64,000 nt of DNA from a virus (IMGVR_UViG_3300002026_002465:96001-160000); one strand, 5' to 3'; numbered from the stretch's first letter, positions 1-9,868 are shown. Program-made: numbers and translations. Notes: generated by a model from the sequence alone, not told the origin.

Positions 1-179
1 ATATAAATCTACAAAATAAATACAATATTTACATTGATGTAAACAAAATGGAATTTTTATAAATAATGATAAATAATCATATTCATTTTTTGTTTCAAAA
101 TAATCATTCCATAATTCATATATTTGTTCTTTTGAAAGAGAATTTTCTTCTGAATCTTGTTGATAATCTGTTTTTAATT

Positions 180-1100
180 CTAACACTTAAATTCCTTGAG
201 TGCATTATCTATATCATTTTCAATAAAAAAATTAGATTTATAATTTCTATATTTTTCTATTCCTGAATTACAATCCAATACTGAATAATTATATTTTTTA
301 TCTAAAACTTCTTTCATTATTTCATATACTAATCCTTCATCATAAACATGATGAAGTGCATCTTTATATACCAAAGCATTTGGATATATTTTTTCTATAG
401 AATCTTTATTATAATCAGTATATTGCACTTCTATTAAATTTAAATGGGATATACCTATTTTATCAAATATTTCAAGATGTGATAACAATAAATCCTTGTG
501 CAAAGGCCATGATGGTTCTTCTATTGTTATAATAAATCCCATTTCTTTTGCATCATACAAATAGTCAAAAACTTTTTTAGAAAAACCACTTGCACTTATG
601 TGCACTCTAAGTTCTTGAATATTCATATTCTTTAATATTAATAAATTTTCTTTATTTAATAACAATCCATTAGTATAAATATGTTTGTAAATATTGTAAT
701 TATTATTTGATTCTATTTTTGAAAGTAATTTTGAAAATTCTTCATATTCATTTAAATATAATAATGACTCTCCCCATGTATTAAATGATACTGTTTTTGG
801 TTTGAAATTTAAATCTAAACTCTTTTTATATAATTCTTTAATTTCAGTTTTTGGAATATCATTGAAATAATCAAGCATTTCATTGTCAATATTATTATAA
901 TAACACATTGGACATTTTAATTGACATTTAGTTCCAACATGAATAGCAAATGATTGATTTGTTTTAAAACAAGATATACATCCTGGAGATATTTTTCCTA
1001 TGTGAATGCAATCACCATTTACATGCTTTTCAAGTTCTGGTATAGATTTTTGAGATTCTAATTTTTTCTGGAAAATATCACTATAAGATACTATTTTCAT
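180..1100 (-). CDS. Radical SAM protein, COG2108-like subfamily
   Basis: CQLKCPMC motif preceded by GKISPGCISC; YTNG and ELRVH barrel motifs. Start moved to the ATG at 1100, which gives an ATGA overlap with the upstream stop. Confidence 0.85.
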   Translation of the reverse strand: MKIVSYSDIFQKKLESQKSIPELEKHVNGDCIHIGKISPGCISCFKTNQSFAIHVGTKCQLKCPMCYYNNIDNEMLDYFNDIPKTEIKELYKKSLDLNFKPKTVSFNTWGESLLYLNEYEEFSKLLSKIESNNNYNIYKHIYTNGLLLNKENLLILKNMNIQELRVHISASGFSKKVFDYLYDAKEMGFIITIEEPSWPLHKDLLLSHLEIFDKIGISHLNLIEVQYTDYNKDSIEKIYPNALVYKDALHHVYDEGLVYEIMKEVLDKKYNYSVLDCNSGIEKYRNYKSNFFIENDIDNALKEFKC

Positions 1101-2629
1101 GTTTTTTCGCCACAAATAACTAAAGCACTAAACTCACCAACATTGAATATATTTTCTATATTATATTTTTCTTTCGTTTTGATTAATCTATCTTCTATAA
1201 AATTTTTGTCAAAAATAACACCATTGTTAAAAACATTATAAATTAATATTATTTTTCCAGAAAATTTATTTTGTTTATATAATTTATATCTAAAATCAAA
1301 TTCATCTAGTGTGTTGTCAATGCCTGCATTAAGAATATAATCAAATTTATGATGATCAATAATACAGTCTTCATCATTGATTGTAAAATTAATTTTCGAT
1401 CCATTAAAAGTTTTTAAAATATTTGCTATTTTAATAGAAGTTTCATCAATATCAAATCCATGTATTAATATATTTGGAAACACTTCTTCTAGAATAAATG
1501 AATTTGTGCCATTATTACAGCAAATATCTAGAATTTTACTTCCAGATTTAATATCTAATTGTTTAAGCAATAATTTTCTAGCACTGTAAGATTGAATATC
1601 ACAGTCAAATAATATTTCATTGTTTAAAATAATAGGTGAAACAAGTTTATTATTCTCTTTTGAATATTTTAATAAATCTAAAATATCTTTTTTATATTCT
1701 ATTGGATAAATATCTAATTCATTTTGATAAAGATCAACATATTCTTTCCAAACACCTAAACATTTATTGTTATATACACATCTTAAACATTCTTGAGGTT
1801 TTTTAAAGTCATATTTAACCATCTCTTTAAAGTCACCATCAGGTTCATAGCCTGGATTGTCATTTACAAGTTCTATACATCTATCATATGATGAATATGA
1901 TTGATATTCTTCTAATGATCCTTCAATTTGATGTTTAAAACCTTGTAAATAACATGGAGGGAAGGCACTTGTATATATTTTATAATAATATTTACTTAAA
2001 ATATTATGAACAATATCTTTTAAGTCTGAATATTTTGGAACAACATTGTAAAAATCAGCCAATGCATTTCCCATAGCATGAGGAAATGTTAAACTTGAAT
2101 TATCAACATTTAACATATGAAAGAAATCAAATGTTTTTTCAAGTGATAATAAATTATATTTTGATATAACCGTTTGTGTTTGTATTTTAAATTTATCAGA
2201 TTTTAAATTAATTAGATTTGATAGTCCATTCAATGTATCATCCCATGAACCTTCTTTTTGACAAATAAAATCGTGTTCTACTTTATCAAAAGAATGTATA
2301 GCTACAAGAAAAGAATCTACATATTTTACAAGTTCTTTTGTAAGATTTATATCTTTAAGTCCAGTGCCATTTGTTTGTAGATCTATAGTGCAACTTGGAT
2401 TTATCTTTTTTATATATTGAACCATATCAACTAAATCTGGCCTTATTGTTGGTTCACCCCCTGTGATAGTGAATTTATCACATGTAGAGTATTTGTCTAT
2501 TATATTTTTCAATTCATCAAGAGAAAAATCAGGTCTATGTGTATATTGTTTTTTATCTGAAACAACACAATGAACACAATTATGATTACAATTCCAGCCC
2601 ACTTTTAAATCAATATGACTTTCTAACAT
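1097..2629 (-). CDS. Radical SAM protein (HxsC-like) fused to a C-terminal class I SAM-dependent methyltransferase
   Basis: CNHNCVHC, TGGEPT, LQTNG and a CLRCVYNNKCLGV cluster; the C-terminal region has ILDICCNNG (motif I) and HGFDID (motif II). Confidence 0.85.
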   Translation of the reverse strand: MLESHIDLKVGWNCNHNCVHCVVSDKKQYTHRPDFSLDELKNIIDKYSTCDKFTITGGEPTIRPDLVDMVQYIKKINPSCTIDLQTNGTGLKDINLTKELVKYVDSFLVAIHSFDKVEHDFICQKEGSWDDTLNGLSNLINLKSDKFKIQTQTVISKYNLLSLEKTFDFFHMLNVDNSSLTFPHAMGNALADFYNVVPKYSDLKDIVHNILSKYYYKIYTSAFPPCYLQGFKHQIEGSLEEYQSYSSYDRCIELVNDNPGYEPDGDFKEMVKYDFKKPQECLRCVYNNKCLGVWKEYVDLYQNELDIYPIEYKKDILDLLKYSKENNKLVSPIILNNEILFDCDIQSYSARKLLLKQLDIKSGSKILDICCNNGTNSFILEEVFPNILIHGFDIDETSIKIANILKTFNGSKINFTINDEDCIIDHHKFDYILNAGIDNTLDEFDFRYKLYKQNKFSGKIILIYNVFNNGVIFDKNFIEDRLIKTKEKYNIENIFNVGEFSALVICGEKT

Positions 2630-2639
2630 TAATTAATCC

Positions 2640-3101
2640 TTATAATGACTTTACGTATTCTATTGCTTTTTCCATATTAAAAAACATTACATCTTTTTTT
2701 GTATATTCATACATGTTATCTTCAATATAATTAAATTCTGGTATTAATGCTTTTTCTTTTTTAATGTCGAAAGTATCATCCTGTTTAGGATTACTTTTAT
2801 CAAAATACTCTTTAAATTTATTAAAATTATTAACTTCAATTGTTTTTATTGAACTATCAAATATAAGTTTCCACCTTGTTTTTACCATTTCAAATTTATC
2901 ATCATCTTTCAGAAAGTTTTTTACTGTCATAATGTCATATACTGTTGGACAGTCTTGTTGTATTATTATTATTTTATTTAAAAGCTCTTTGTAATTATCG
3001 TTTATTACAATATCAATATGACTTTTTATAACTTCATCAATACCATAGCCTATATTATTAATTAAATAAGCGTTTTTTATTTCCTCTCCATTATAATTCA
3101 T
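2640..3101 (-). CDS. Hypothetical rSAM-cluster accessory protein, paralog of 11251-11709
   Basis: 153-aa ORF inside the operon; aligns by eye with 11251-11709 (ID-I-DN, NF..D.F..K...FD....EV, N.+.A+..+K). Confidence 0.7.
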   Translation of the reverse strand: MNYNGEEIKNAYLINNIGYGIDEVIKSHIDIVINDNYKELLNKIIIIQQDCPTVYDIMTVKNFLKDDDKFEMVKTRWKLIFDSSIKTIEVNNFNKFKEYFDKSNPKQDDTFDIKKEKALIPEFNYIEDNMYEYTKKDVMFFNMEKAIEYVKSL

Positions 3102-3999
3102 TGTTTACCTCCCAATTTAAAAATACATTTGTTACAGGTTTTAAAAATTTATCATCATAAATATAATAATAAGATTTATGAATTCCAAGACAATATTCAA
3201 AATGTGTGCATTTTTCACAATTAAAATGAAAAACATTTTCTTTAAATAAATCTCTTATTTGTTTTATTCCATTTTCTTTTTTCAAAGAAGCTAAAATCCA
3301 ATTATATTCTATAGAATATTTAACAAGATTTTTTAATTCACATATAGGAATATATGCTATTCTATATTTACTTTTATCTCTTGAATTACTAATTATAGTA
3401 TTTAATATATTATATACATCACCATATAAAGGTAAAAATTTTTGTATTTCACTTATATCAGCATTAAATGGATTATATACTTTAAAAAAAATATCAGCAT
3501 TTGGCCATTTTGAACTTACATAAGAATTCCATTCCTCCATAGAATCTAAATTTATTTTATTTACAACAACTCCAATTGTTATTTCTTTAAATTTATAATT
3601 ATAAATTTTATCTATTAATTGTATTTTTTCTTTATAAAATACTCTATTACAAAGTTTATCATGTATTTCTTCAATGTGACTATCTAAAGATGTAGATATT
3701 GATATCTTAGATATGTCTCTTTTAATAAACTCATCAAAAAAAGCATTATCATTAAATTTTAATAAATTACTTATCACAAGTATATTATCAAACTTATTTA
3801 GACAAATATCTAATATTTCAAAAAAATCTGGTCTTATAGTTGGTTCACCACCTGTAATAGTTATATTACTACTTTCACATTTAATAATATCTATTTGTTT
3901 TAAAATATCATTTGAAGATGGAATTGGAGAGTTTTTTTCTCCACAGAACTCACAATCTAAATTGCATATTCCACCCAAATTAATATCATTAACAATCAT
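3091..3999 (-). CDS. Radical SAM protein, HxsC-like
   Basis: CNLDCEFC, TGGEPT and C-terminal CEKCTHFEYCLGI. Confidence 0.85.
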   Translation of the reverse strand: MIVNDINLGGICNLDCEFCGEKNSPIPSSNDILKQIDIIKCESSNITITGGEPTIRPDFFEILDICLNKFDNILVISNLLKFNDNAFFDEFIKRDISKISISTSLDSHIEEIHDKLCNRVFYKEKIQLIDKIYNYKFKEITIGVVVNKINLDSMEEWNSYVSSKWPNADIFFKVYNPFNADISEIQKFLPLYGDVYNILNTIISNSRDKSKYRIAYIPICELKNLVKYSIEYNWILASLKKENGIKQIRDLFKENVFHFNCEKCTHFEYCLGIHKSYYYIYDDKFLKPVTNVFLNWEVNNEL

Positions 4000-4658
4000 A
4001 GATTATCTTGATATGTTGCTGGATTAGTGAATACATTTAAATATGTTAAATTAGCATATGCTGTTGCTGTGTTTAAATGACTACTTCCTGTATTAGAATG
4101 ATTTCCATGATTTCTATGGCATGTATAACTTCTAGTATTTGAACTATGTGAGTTGCTATGATTTTGATAACCATTAAGATATGATGGTGCAGGACTATCT
4201 GTATAGTTTGAATAATTAGCATAGGCAGCTACTTGTTTAAGTCTTGTAGCAATTTCATCTATTTTTGATTTTGTAATTACTTCTCCTTCTACAACAGGCC
4301 CAACTGATCCTAACATCCCCATTTCTGACATTTCATCTAATAACCCTGAATATGTTCCATTTATTACACCACTTTGTTCATTAAGATGTTCTTGTTCAAT
4401 TATTTCACTATCTGCAACTTCAGTATCTGAAACACGAGTATATGTTGGAGATCCTGCATACCCAAACTGTATTTTTACAGCTTTTGCATGTTGTCTAAGC
4501 TGTTTTAATGTTTCACCATCTAATTTTGTATCTGCTTTTACTGTTCCATCAGCATTAAAATATGTTGAGTTAAACGGTAAATCTAATGGCCATTTTTTAG
4601 CGGAGTCATCAATTTCAGTAGCTGCATTTGAATAATTTGCGTAATTTACATATCCCAT
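3996..4658 (-). CDS. Putative rSAM substrate/precursor protein (220 aa) with Y/H/F-x-N repeats
   Basis: ATG at 4658 has AGGAG 8 nt upstream; begins YVNYANYSN; the C-terminal ~75 aa hold 12 aromatic-x-Asn motifs; embedded among rSAM genes. The CDS is solid, the function is inferred. Confidence 0.75.
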   Translation of the reverse strand: MGYVNYANYSNAATEIDDSAKKWPLDLPFNSTYFNADGTVKADTKLDGETLKQLRQHAKAVKIQFGYAGSPTYTRVSDTEVADSEIIEQEHLNEQSGVINGTYSGLLDEMSEMGMLGSVGPVVEGEVITKSKIDEIATRLKQVAAYANYSNYTDSPAPSYLNGYQNHSNSHSSNTRSYTCHRNHGNHSNTGSSHLNTATAYANLTYLNVFTNPATYQDNL

Positions 4659-4660
4659 AA

Positions 4661-5605
4661 CTATATCTCCTTTTTTAAGAATCCTAGGCATGGACCTGGA
4701 CACTCTTTGAATAAGAAACAACATTTTTTACATTCTTCAGGTAAACCTTGTGTCGAATATGCTAACCTTTTTCTAAGAAAAAGTTCATTTTCAACTGTAT
4801 TCAATAAAGAATGTTTATCCATATCAACTCTTATGTTTTCTCCTGGATAACAATATTGAACTTCTGATGGATTCAAAATATCAACTGGAATTCCATTTTC
4901 ACAACCATATTTGAACCCTTCAAGCCATTCTAATAAAAATGTTTTTACAGTATTATCTTTGATCATACACGGATAAATTCCGCAATCTAGATTAAATTTT
5001 ACTTTATTTTTTATACCCCAATTAACAAAATCAATAATTCTATCAATATATTCATAATTATTAAAAAAATACATTTTACTATTAGTATCTTTTGGGTTTG
5101 GAAATGGTAAACTTATTCTTGCTCTACTAAACACATCACCTAATTTTTCCTTATACTTATTTAAATTATCTTCATAATATTTAAAATCATAATCAAGATT
5201 GATTGTATACCCTAATCTTATATTAGCATTAGTGTATTTAGATATTAATAGCATGTTTTCAGATGTTAAATCAAACTGTTGTTGAGATACTTCAGAAACA
5301 TTTATTAAAAATCCAAGATTTTTTTCACTTATAAAATCTATAATACTGTTTAAAATTTTTTCTCCAAAAATAAAATTGCTTATTAAAGTAATTTTATTTG
5401 GTAGTGTTTTCAAATAAGATAGTATTTCAACAAAATTTGAATTATTTGTTGGTTCACCACCTAAAAGAGATATGTTATTATTTACAGTCATTTTTTTTAC
5501 AATGTTTTTTACATCATCTAATGACATTTCACTTTTATCTAGAACATCTTTAGCAAAGCAAAAAGAGCATCCTTTATTACATGAAGTAGTTAAGATAAGA
5601 TTCAT
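4661..5605 (-). CDS. Radical SAM protein with C-terminal SPASM/Twitch-like Cys cluster
   Basis: CNKGCSFC, LLGGEPT; C-terminal C..VDI....YCYP and CKKC....CPGPC. Confidence 0.85.
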   Translation of the reverse strand: MNLILTTSCNKGCSFCFAKDVLDKSEMSLDDVKNIVKKMTVNNNISLLGGEPTNNSNFVEILSYLKTLPNKITLISNFIFGEKILNSIIDFISEKNLGFLINVSEVSQQQFDLTSENMLLISKYTNANIRLGYTINLDYDFKYYEDNLNKYKEKLGDVFSRARISLPFPNPKDTNSKMYFFNNYEYIDRIIDFVNWGIKNKVKFNLDCGIYPCMIKDNTVKTFLLEWLEGFKYGCENGIPVDILNPSEVQYCYPGENIRVDMDKHSLLNTVENELFLRKRLAYSTQGLPEECKKCCFLFKECPGPCLGFLKKEI

Positions 5606-6800
5606 TTTTTATTTCATCCTTTAATAGTTCTGATATTTTTAGTCTATTTTTATTAAAAAACTCTGATAACCCTTTATTAAACTCACAAGTTGCATCATCA
5701 ATAATACCTTTTCCATATTTTTGATATGAAAAGCTTAAGCATCCATAATCGCAAAATGCTTGTGAAGAACAAAGATTACATTTTCTTTCTATAACTGCAT
5801 CTGCTTTTGATCTATGAAATTGCCACATTTTATGTGTATGTATTAATTCACCAACATCTTTAGACGTTACATTGCCTGATGATACATTATTACTTTTTTC
5901 AGAATTTCTACCACAAAAAAGAGTTGTTCCATCTGGTTCAACTTCTAATATTCCATTTCCAGCACCACAATATCTCGTATAGCATATATCTCCAACACTT
6001 ATTTCTTGACCAAAACTAATGTTTTCAATATATTTTTTCATTTTATTATATAGAGTTTCTTCTTTAAAGCCCTTATTGTCAAACATAAAATTAATTATTT
6101 TTATTGATGCTTCTAAATTTTCTTGTGCTGTTAACTCAAATTCACTTCCAGTATTTGCAACATCAACAGCCCTATTAATTTTAATAGAATTAAAACCCAT
6201 TGATTGTATCATTCTTAAATCATCAACTATTGTTAAATGATTTTGTTTGTGTAAAATAGATAATAAACCTGGTTGTAATCCATAACCTCTTAATTTTATT
6301 ATATTTTCTAATAATTTACCATTTGCATTCCTATTAGAATCAGAAATTCCAAACCCATCAAAACTCACTCCAGGACTTATATTATATCTTCTAAATATTC
6401 CAATCCATTCATCGTCAATTAAAGTGCCATTTGTTTGCAAAGATATTGCAAGCATTTTTCCATGCTCTCTTGCAAGTTGTGTTGCAATTTTACAAAATGC
6501 AGAAAACTTTTCTTTACCTATTTTTAGTGCTTCCCCTCCATGAAAAACTAAACTTAGTGGATTCCATTTTTGGAGATTTTCAGTTTTAGTATCAGAATTT
6601 AAAGCATCTATTAAACTTTGTTGAGATTCTATATTACCGTGAGATGTTTCTAAAAACCACCTTCTAATAGTATTCTCAAACACCTCATATGACATTGATT
6701 CTTCACTATAGTCATCTTTATGAAACACATAACAATATGAGCACCTTAAATTACACCCTCTTGTAACTTTTAGAATTACTTGTCTAGTATTTTGAAACAT
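5577..6800 (-). CDS. Radical SAM/SPASM maturase (anSME/HxsB-like)
   Basis: TRGCNLRCSYC, FHGGE, QTNG, SFDG; SPASM motifs CYTRYCGAG, EPDG..FC and CNLCSSQAFCDYGC. Confidence 0.9.
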   Translation of the reverse strand: MFQNTRQVILKVTRGCNLRCSYCYVFHKDDYSEESMSYEVFENTIRRWFLETSHGNIESQQSLIDALNSDTKTENLQKWNPLSLVFHGGEALKIGKEKFSAFCKIATQLAREHGKMLAISLQTNGTLIDDEWIGIFRRYNISPGVSFDGFGISDSNRNANGKLLENIIKLRGYGLQPGLLSILHKQNHLTIVDDLRMIQSMGFNSIKINRAVDVANTGSEFELTAQENLEASIKIINFMFDNKGFKEETLYNKMKKYIENISFGQEISVGDICYTRYCGAGNGILEVEPDGTTLFCGRNSEKSNNVSSGNVTSKDVGELIHTHKMWQFHRSKADAVIERKCNLCSSQAFCDYGCLSFSYQKYGKGIIDDATCEFNKGLSEFFNKNRLKISELLKDEIKNESYLNYFM

Positions 6801-6801
6801 T

Positions 6802-7089
6802 TTATTCTCCTATTGTTTTATGCTCATTAAAACCAGATTCACCTATTGGATTTTCAGACTGAATTTTTTCAGATTCAGAAGTAAAATTTTCAATATGACC
6901 TATTAACCTATCAAAACAAACGTCACAATACAAAGATGTTGTTTTTCTACACATACTAGCATCCATTTCACTTTGATTTGTATTTGGGTCTTTAATCCAT
7001 GTTTTAAAATCTATAACTATTTCATGATAATATCTATTTTTATAGATGTTTTTACCACAACCGTCACATTCAACTACTGAGTATTTCAT
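6802..7089 (-). CDS. Small CxxC...CxxC zinc-finger-like protein, paralog of 13975-14199
   Basis: CDGCGK ... YCDVCFD; similar spacing to CTRCKN ... LCDDCFN. Confidence 0.7.
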   Translation of the reverse strand: MKYSVVECDGCGKNIYKNRYYHEIVIDFKTWIKDPNTNQSEMDASMCRKTTSLYCDVCFDRLIGHIENFTSESEKIQSENPIGESGFNEHKTIGE

Positions 7090-8123
7090 AATTTCTCCTT
7101 TGTGTATTCATTAAATTCATCTTCTAATATTTTAATTCCAACCATTATAGAGCAAAAAACATCTCTTGATTCTTTAAACGCTGCATAACATCCTGTTCTA
7201 CAAAAATCTTTTGCTTTACAATCTTCACATGTTTTATCATAAAAATCATTTGATTTAATTTTATCATAATTTGTAACATTAAATTTCATATTAGGAAAAT
7301 CATTAAGATTTAAATATATTTTTTTCTTATCATATTCTAGACCACAATGGGATATTTCACCAGATGGAAAAACTGAAAAAGATAGATGTTTATCAAGACA
7401 GTATTGCTTATTTTTAGTTATAAAATTTAAAAAATCTAAACTGCCAAACTCCAATGCTGTTTTAGCAAATTGTTTTAATAGTGTTTGAACAAAATTCTTT
7501 GCATCTTTTTTAGGTGAAAAGAAATCTATTGAAGTTGAGTGTTCTAATTTTAATGAGTCAAGAAACTTTTTATCTTCTAAAAAAGATCCAGCATTATTTT
7601 CTGATATTGTCCTATTAATAAAAACTTTATTTGGAAATATAGATGCAAACGTCATTAGATTGTTTATTGTTTTATTAAATGATCCTAATCCTCTAACCTT
7701 ATCATGAGTGATTTCACTACTATCTAATGATATGCTTATTTCACTATACATTGCTCCCATAAATTCAATTTGTTCTTTACTATAATCTAAAGTTAAATTT
7801 GTAACAAGAGATAATTCACAGTTTGGTATAGACTTTAATATTAATGTATAATTATAAAAATATTGCCAGTCTAATGTGGGCTCGCCACCATTTATTAAAA
7901 TATGTAATGTATTATCAGGGTGTCTATACATATTAATCATTTGTGTAAAATTATAAAAATTTTCTATTGAAAGCTTTTCTTTTGTATTTTTATGAAATTT
8001 ATTTTCATTATTTTTATGCACACAATAATTACAATTTAAATTACAATCAAAAGATGGAAATATAGTAACATCATCTATTCTTATTTCATTTTTTATAGGA
8101 TTATCAACCTCAAAATAGCTCAT
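7086..8123 (-). CDS. Radical SAM/SPASM protein
   Basis: CNLNCNYC, NGGEPT, ISLD; C....SVFPSGEISHC and CEDCKAKDFCRTGC. Confidence 0.88.
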   Translation of the reverse strand: MSYFEVDNPIKNEIRIDDVTIFPSFDCNLNCNYCVHKNNENKFHKNTKEKLSIENFYNFTQMINMYRHPDNTLHILINGGEPTLDWQYFYNYTLILKSIPNCELSLVTNLTLDYSKEQIEFMGAMYSEISISLDSSEITHDKVRGLGSFNKTINNLMTFASIFPNKVFINRTISENNAGSFLEDKKFLDSLKLEHSTSIDFFSPKKDAKNFVQTLLKQFAKTALEFGSLDFLNFITKNKQYCLDKHLSFSVFPSGEISHCGLEYDKKKIYLNLNDFPNMKFNVTNYDKIKSNDFYDKTCEDCKAKDFCRTGCYAAFKESRDVFCSIMVGIKILEDEFNEYTKEKL

Positions 8124-9058
8124 TTTTTCTCCTTATCAACCATATTTTTAAAATCATTTTCATCATCAAGAACCTCATTTCTATTTACAATATATCTTGC
8201 TCTAACTGTATCGGAGTTACAATCAAGAACTGAAAATTTATAATTTTTATTTATTACCTCTTCCATTATATCATATACAAGACCTTCATCATATAGATGA
8301 TAGTTTAGATTTTTATACATTCTTCCTTCTGGATAAATAGAATTTACTTTTTGAATATTCATTGGAGTTATATCTATTTCATCTAAATTTAAATGTTTGA
8401 CCCCAATAGAATCAAAAAGTTTAATTGCTTCAAACAACTTATCTCTATTGAGCATCCATGATGGTTCTTCTACTGTTACTCTAAATCCATTTTTTGCTGC
8501 ATGTTCCATGTTATTATATACTTTAATTGAAAAATCACTTGCACTTATATGAAATCTTATTTCTTCAATATCTAAATCTTTTAATATTTGAGTGTTATTC
8601 ATATCATATAAAATACCTGTAGTGTATATTCTTTTATGAATATTAATATTTCTTTTTGTTTCAATCTGTTTGATAATTTTTGAGGTTGATAAATAATGTT
8701 CTAAATATAAAAAAGGCTCTCCAATTGAATTATAACATATATTTGATGGAGAGTAATTCTCATCAAAAAGTTTTGAATAATAAAATTCATTTGTATTTAT
8801 AATATCTTTCTCTATTGATTTACTTTCATCAGTATTATTGTGTAATGTTGTGTAATAACACATTGGACATTGAAATGGACATTTATTTCCAATAAAAATA
8901 CTTTTTCTACATGCCTTTTCAGTAAAACATCCTTCACATCCTGGAGATATTTTGCCTATATGAGAAGCAAAACCATTTGCATGAAGTATAAGATTTGGTA
9001 TGTTTTTTTGTCTTAAATATTTTTCATTTAATATAGTTCTGAAATCAACTAAAATCAT
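8120..9058 (-). CDS. Radical SAM protein, COG2108-like, paralog of 180-1100
   Basis: GKISPGCEGC and CPFQCPMC; shares EEPSW, YDEGLVY.IM and SVLDCNS with 180-1100. Confidence 0.85.
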   Translation of the reverse strand: MILVDFRTILNEKYLRQKNIPNLILHANGFASHIGKISPGCEGCFTEKACRKSIFIGNKCPFQCPMCYYTTLHNNTDESKSIEKDIINTNEFYYSKLFDENYSPSNICYNSIGEPFLYLEHYLSTSKIIKQIETKRNINIHKRIYTTGILYDMNNTQILKDLDIEEIRFHISASDFSIKVYNNMEHAAKNGFRVTVEEPSWMLNRDKLFEAIKLFDSIGVKHLNLDEIDITPMNIQKVNSIYPEGRMYKNLNYHLYDEGLVYDIMEEVINKNYKFSVLDCNSDTVRARYIVNRNEVLDDENDFKNMVDKEKK

Positions 9059-9849
9059 GGTATCCTTTTAAAAACACTTGTATTCATTTCAAGAAAATTA
9101 AATTGTGTGCTTCCTTCATAAGAAGGATTTAACAATCTATCAACATCACTGCTCCAATAAAATATTGAATTTGTTCTATTTTTTGAAAAATAGAGATTGC
9201 TCATTATATCTAAAGTTTCATAGCTGGATATATACCAGTTTATATTTTTATAAATCTTATTATCATAAAATTTATTTTGATTATTTACTTCAACATCTCT
9301 TAGGATGATATAATTAAATTTATCAATAATACTTTCTAATAATGTATAATCTTCTTGAGAATATTTAATAAGAGGAATTTCTAATACTGAATTAGATACA
9401 ATATATTTATAATTAAAATCACTCTGAAAAGTATATCTAGTTTCATTTAAGTTAGGATAAATACCATCACTATTAACATATCCAAATGTGTATGTAGATT
9501 CATTTAATAAATCATTATATTCATTTATATAATTAAATGTTTTTATATCAGCATAACCATTTACTGATACAATATGAGGAGATGATTTATTAATTCTAAC
9601 ATAATTAGAAAGATTTTCTAATCTCCACGTTATATGGTCTGATAATTTAGAATTATAATAATTTGCATAATATTGCACTTCTAATAAATATTGAATATAT
9701 TCAGACTTTGGTATAGAGAAAAAGTCTATAAAAGAATAAGGAATATTACCTTTATAAATACAATACCCTGAGTAGTCAGAAATATATGGATATTTTAATA
9801 TAGTCTTATATTTATTTATAAATTCATCTTGAAAATTAATTTTAATCAT
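9055..9849 (-). CDS. Degenerate paralog of the COG2108-like rSAM proteins lacking the Fe-S cysteines
   Basis: GYCIYKGNIPYS resembles GDCIHIGKISPG; KIYKNINWY..LDIM..KN..S...SDVDR resembles RMYKNLNYH..YDIM..KN..SVLDCNSDTVR; no CxxxCxxC. Confidence 0.6.
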   Translation of the reverse strand: MIKINFQDEFINKYKTILKYPYISDYSGYCIYKGNIPYSFIDFFSIPKSEYIQYLLEVQYYANYYNSKLSDHITWRLENLSNYVRINKSSPHIVSVNGYADIKTFNYINEYNDLLNESTYTFGYVNSDGIYPNLNETRYTFQSDFNYKYIVSNSVLEIPLIKYSQEDYTLLESIIDKFNYIILRDVEVNNQNKFYDNKIYKNINWYISSYETLDIMSNLYFSKNRTNSIFYWSSDVDRLLNPSYEGSTQFNFLEMNTSVFKRIP

Positions 9850-9868
9850 TGTTATATTAACTATGCTT

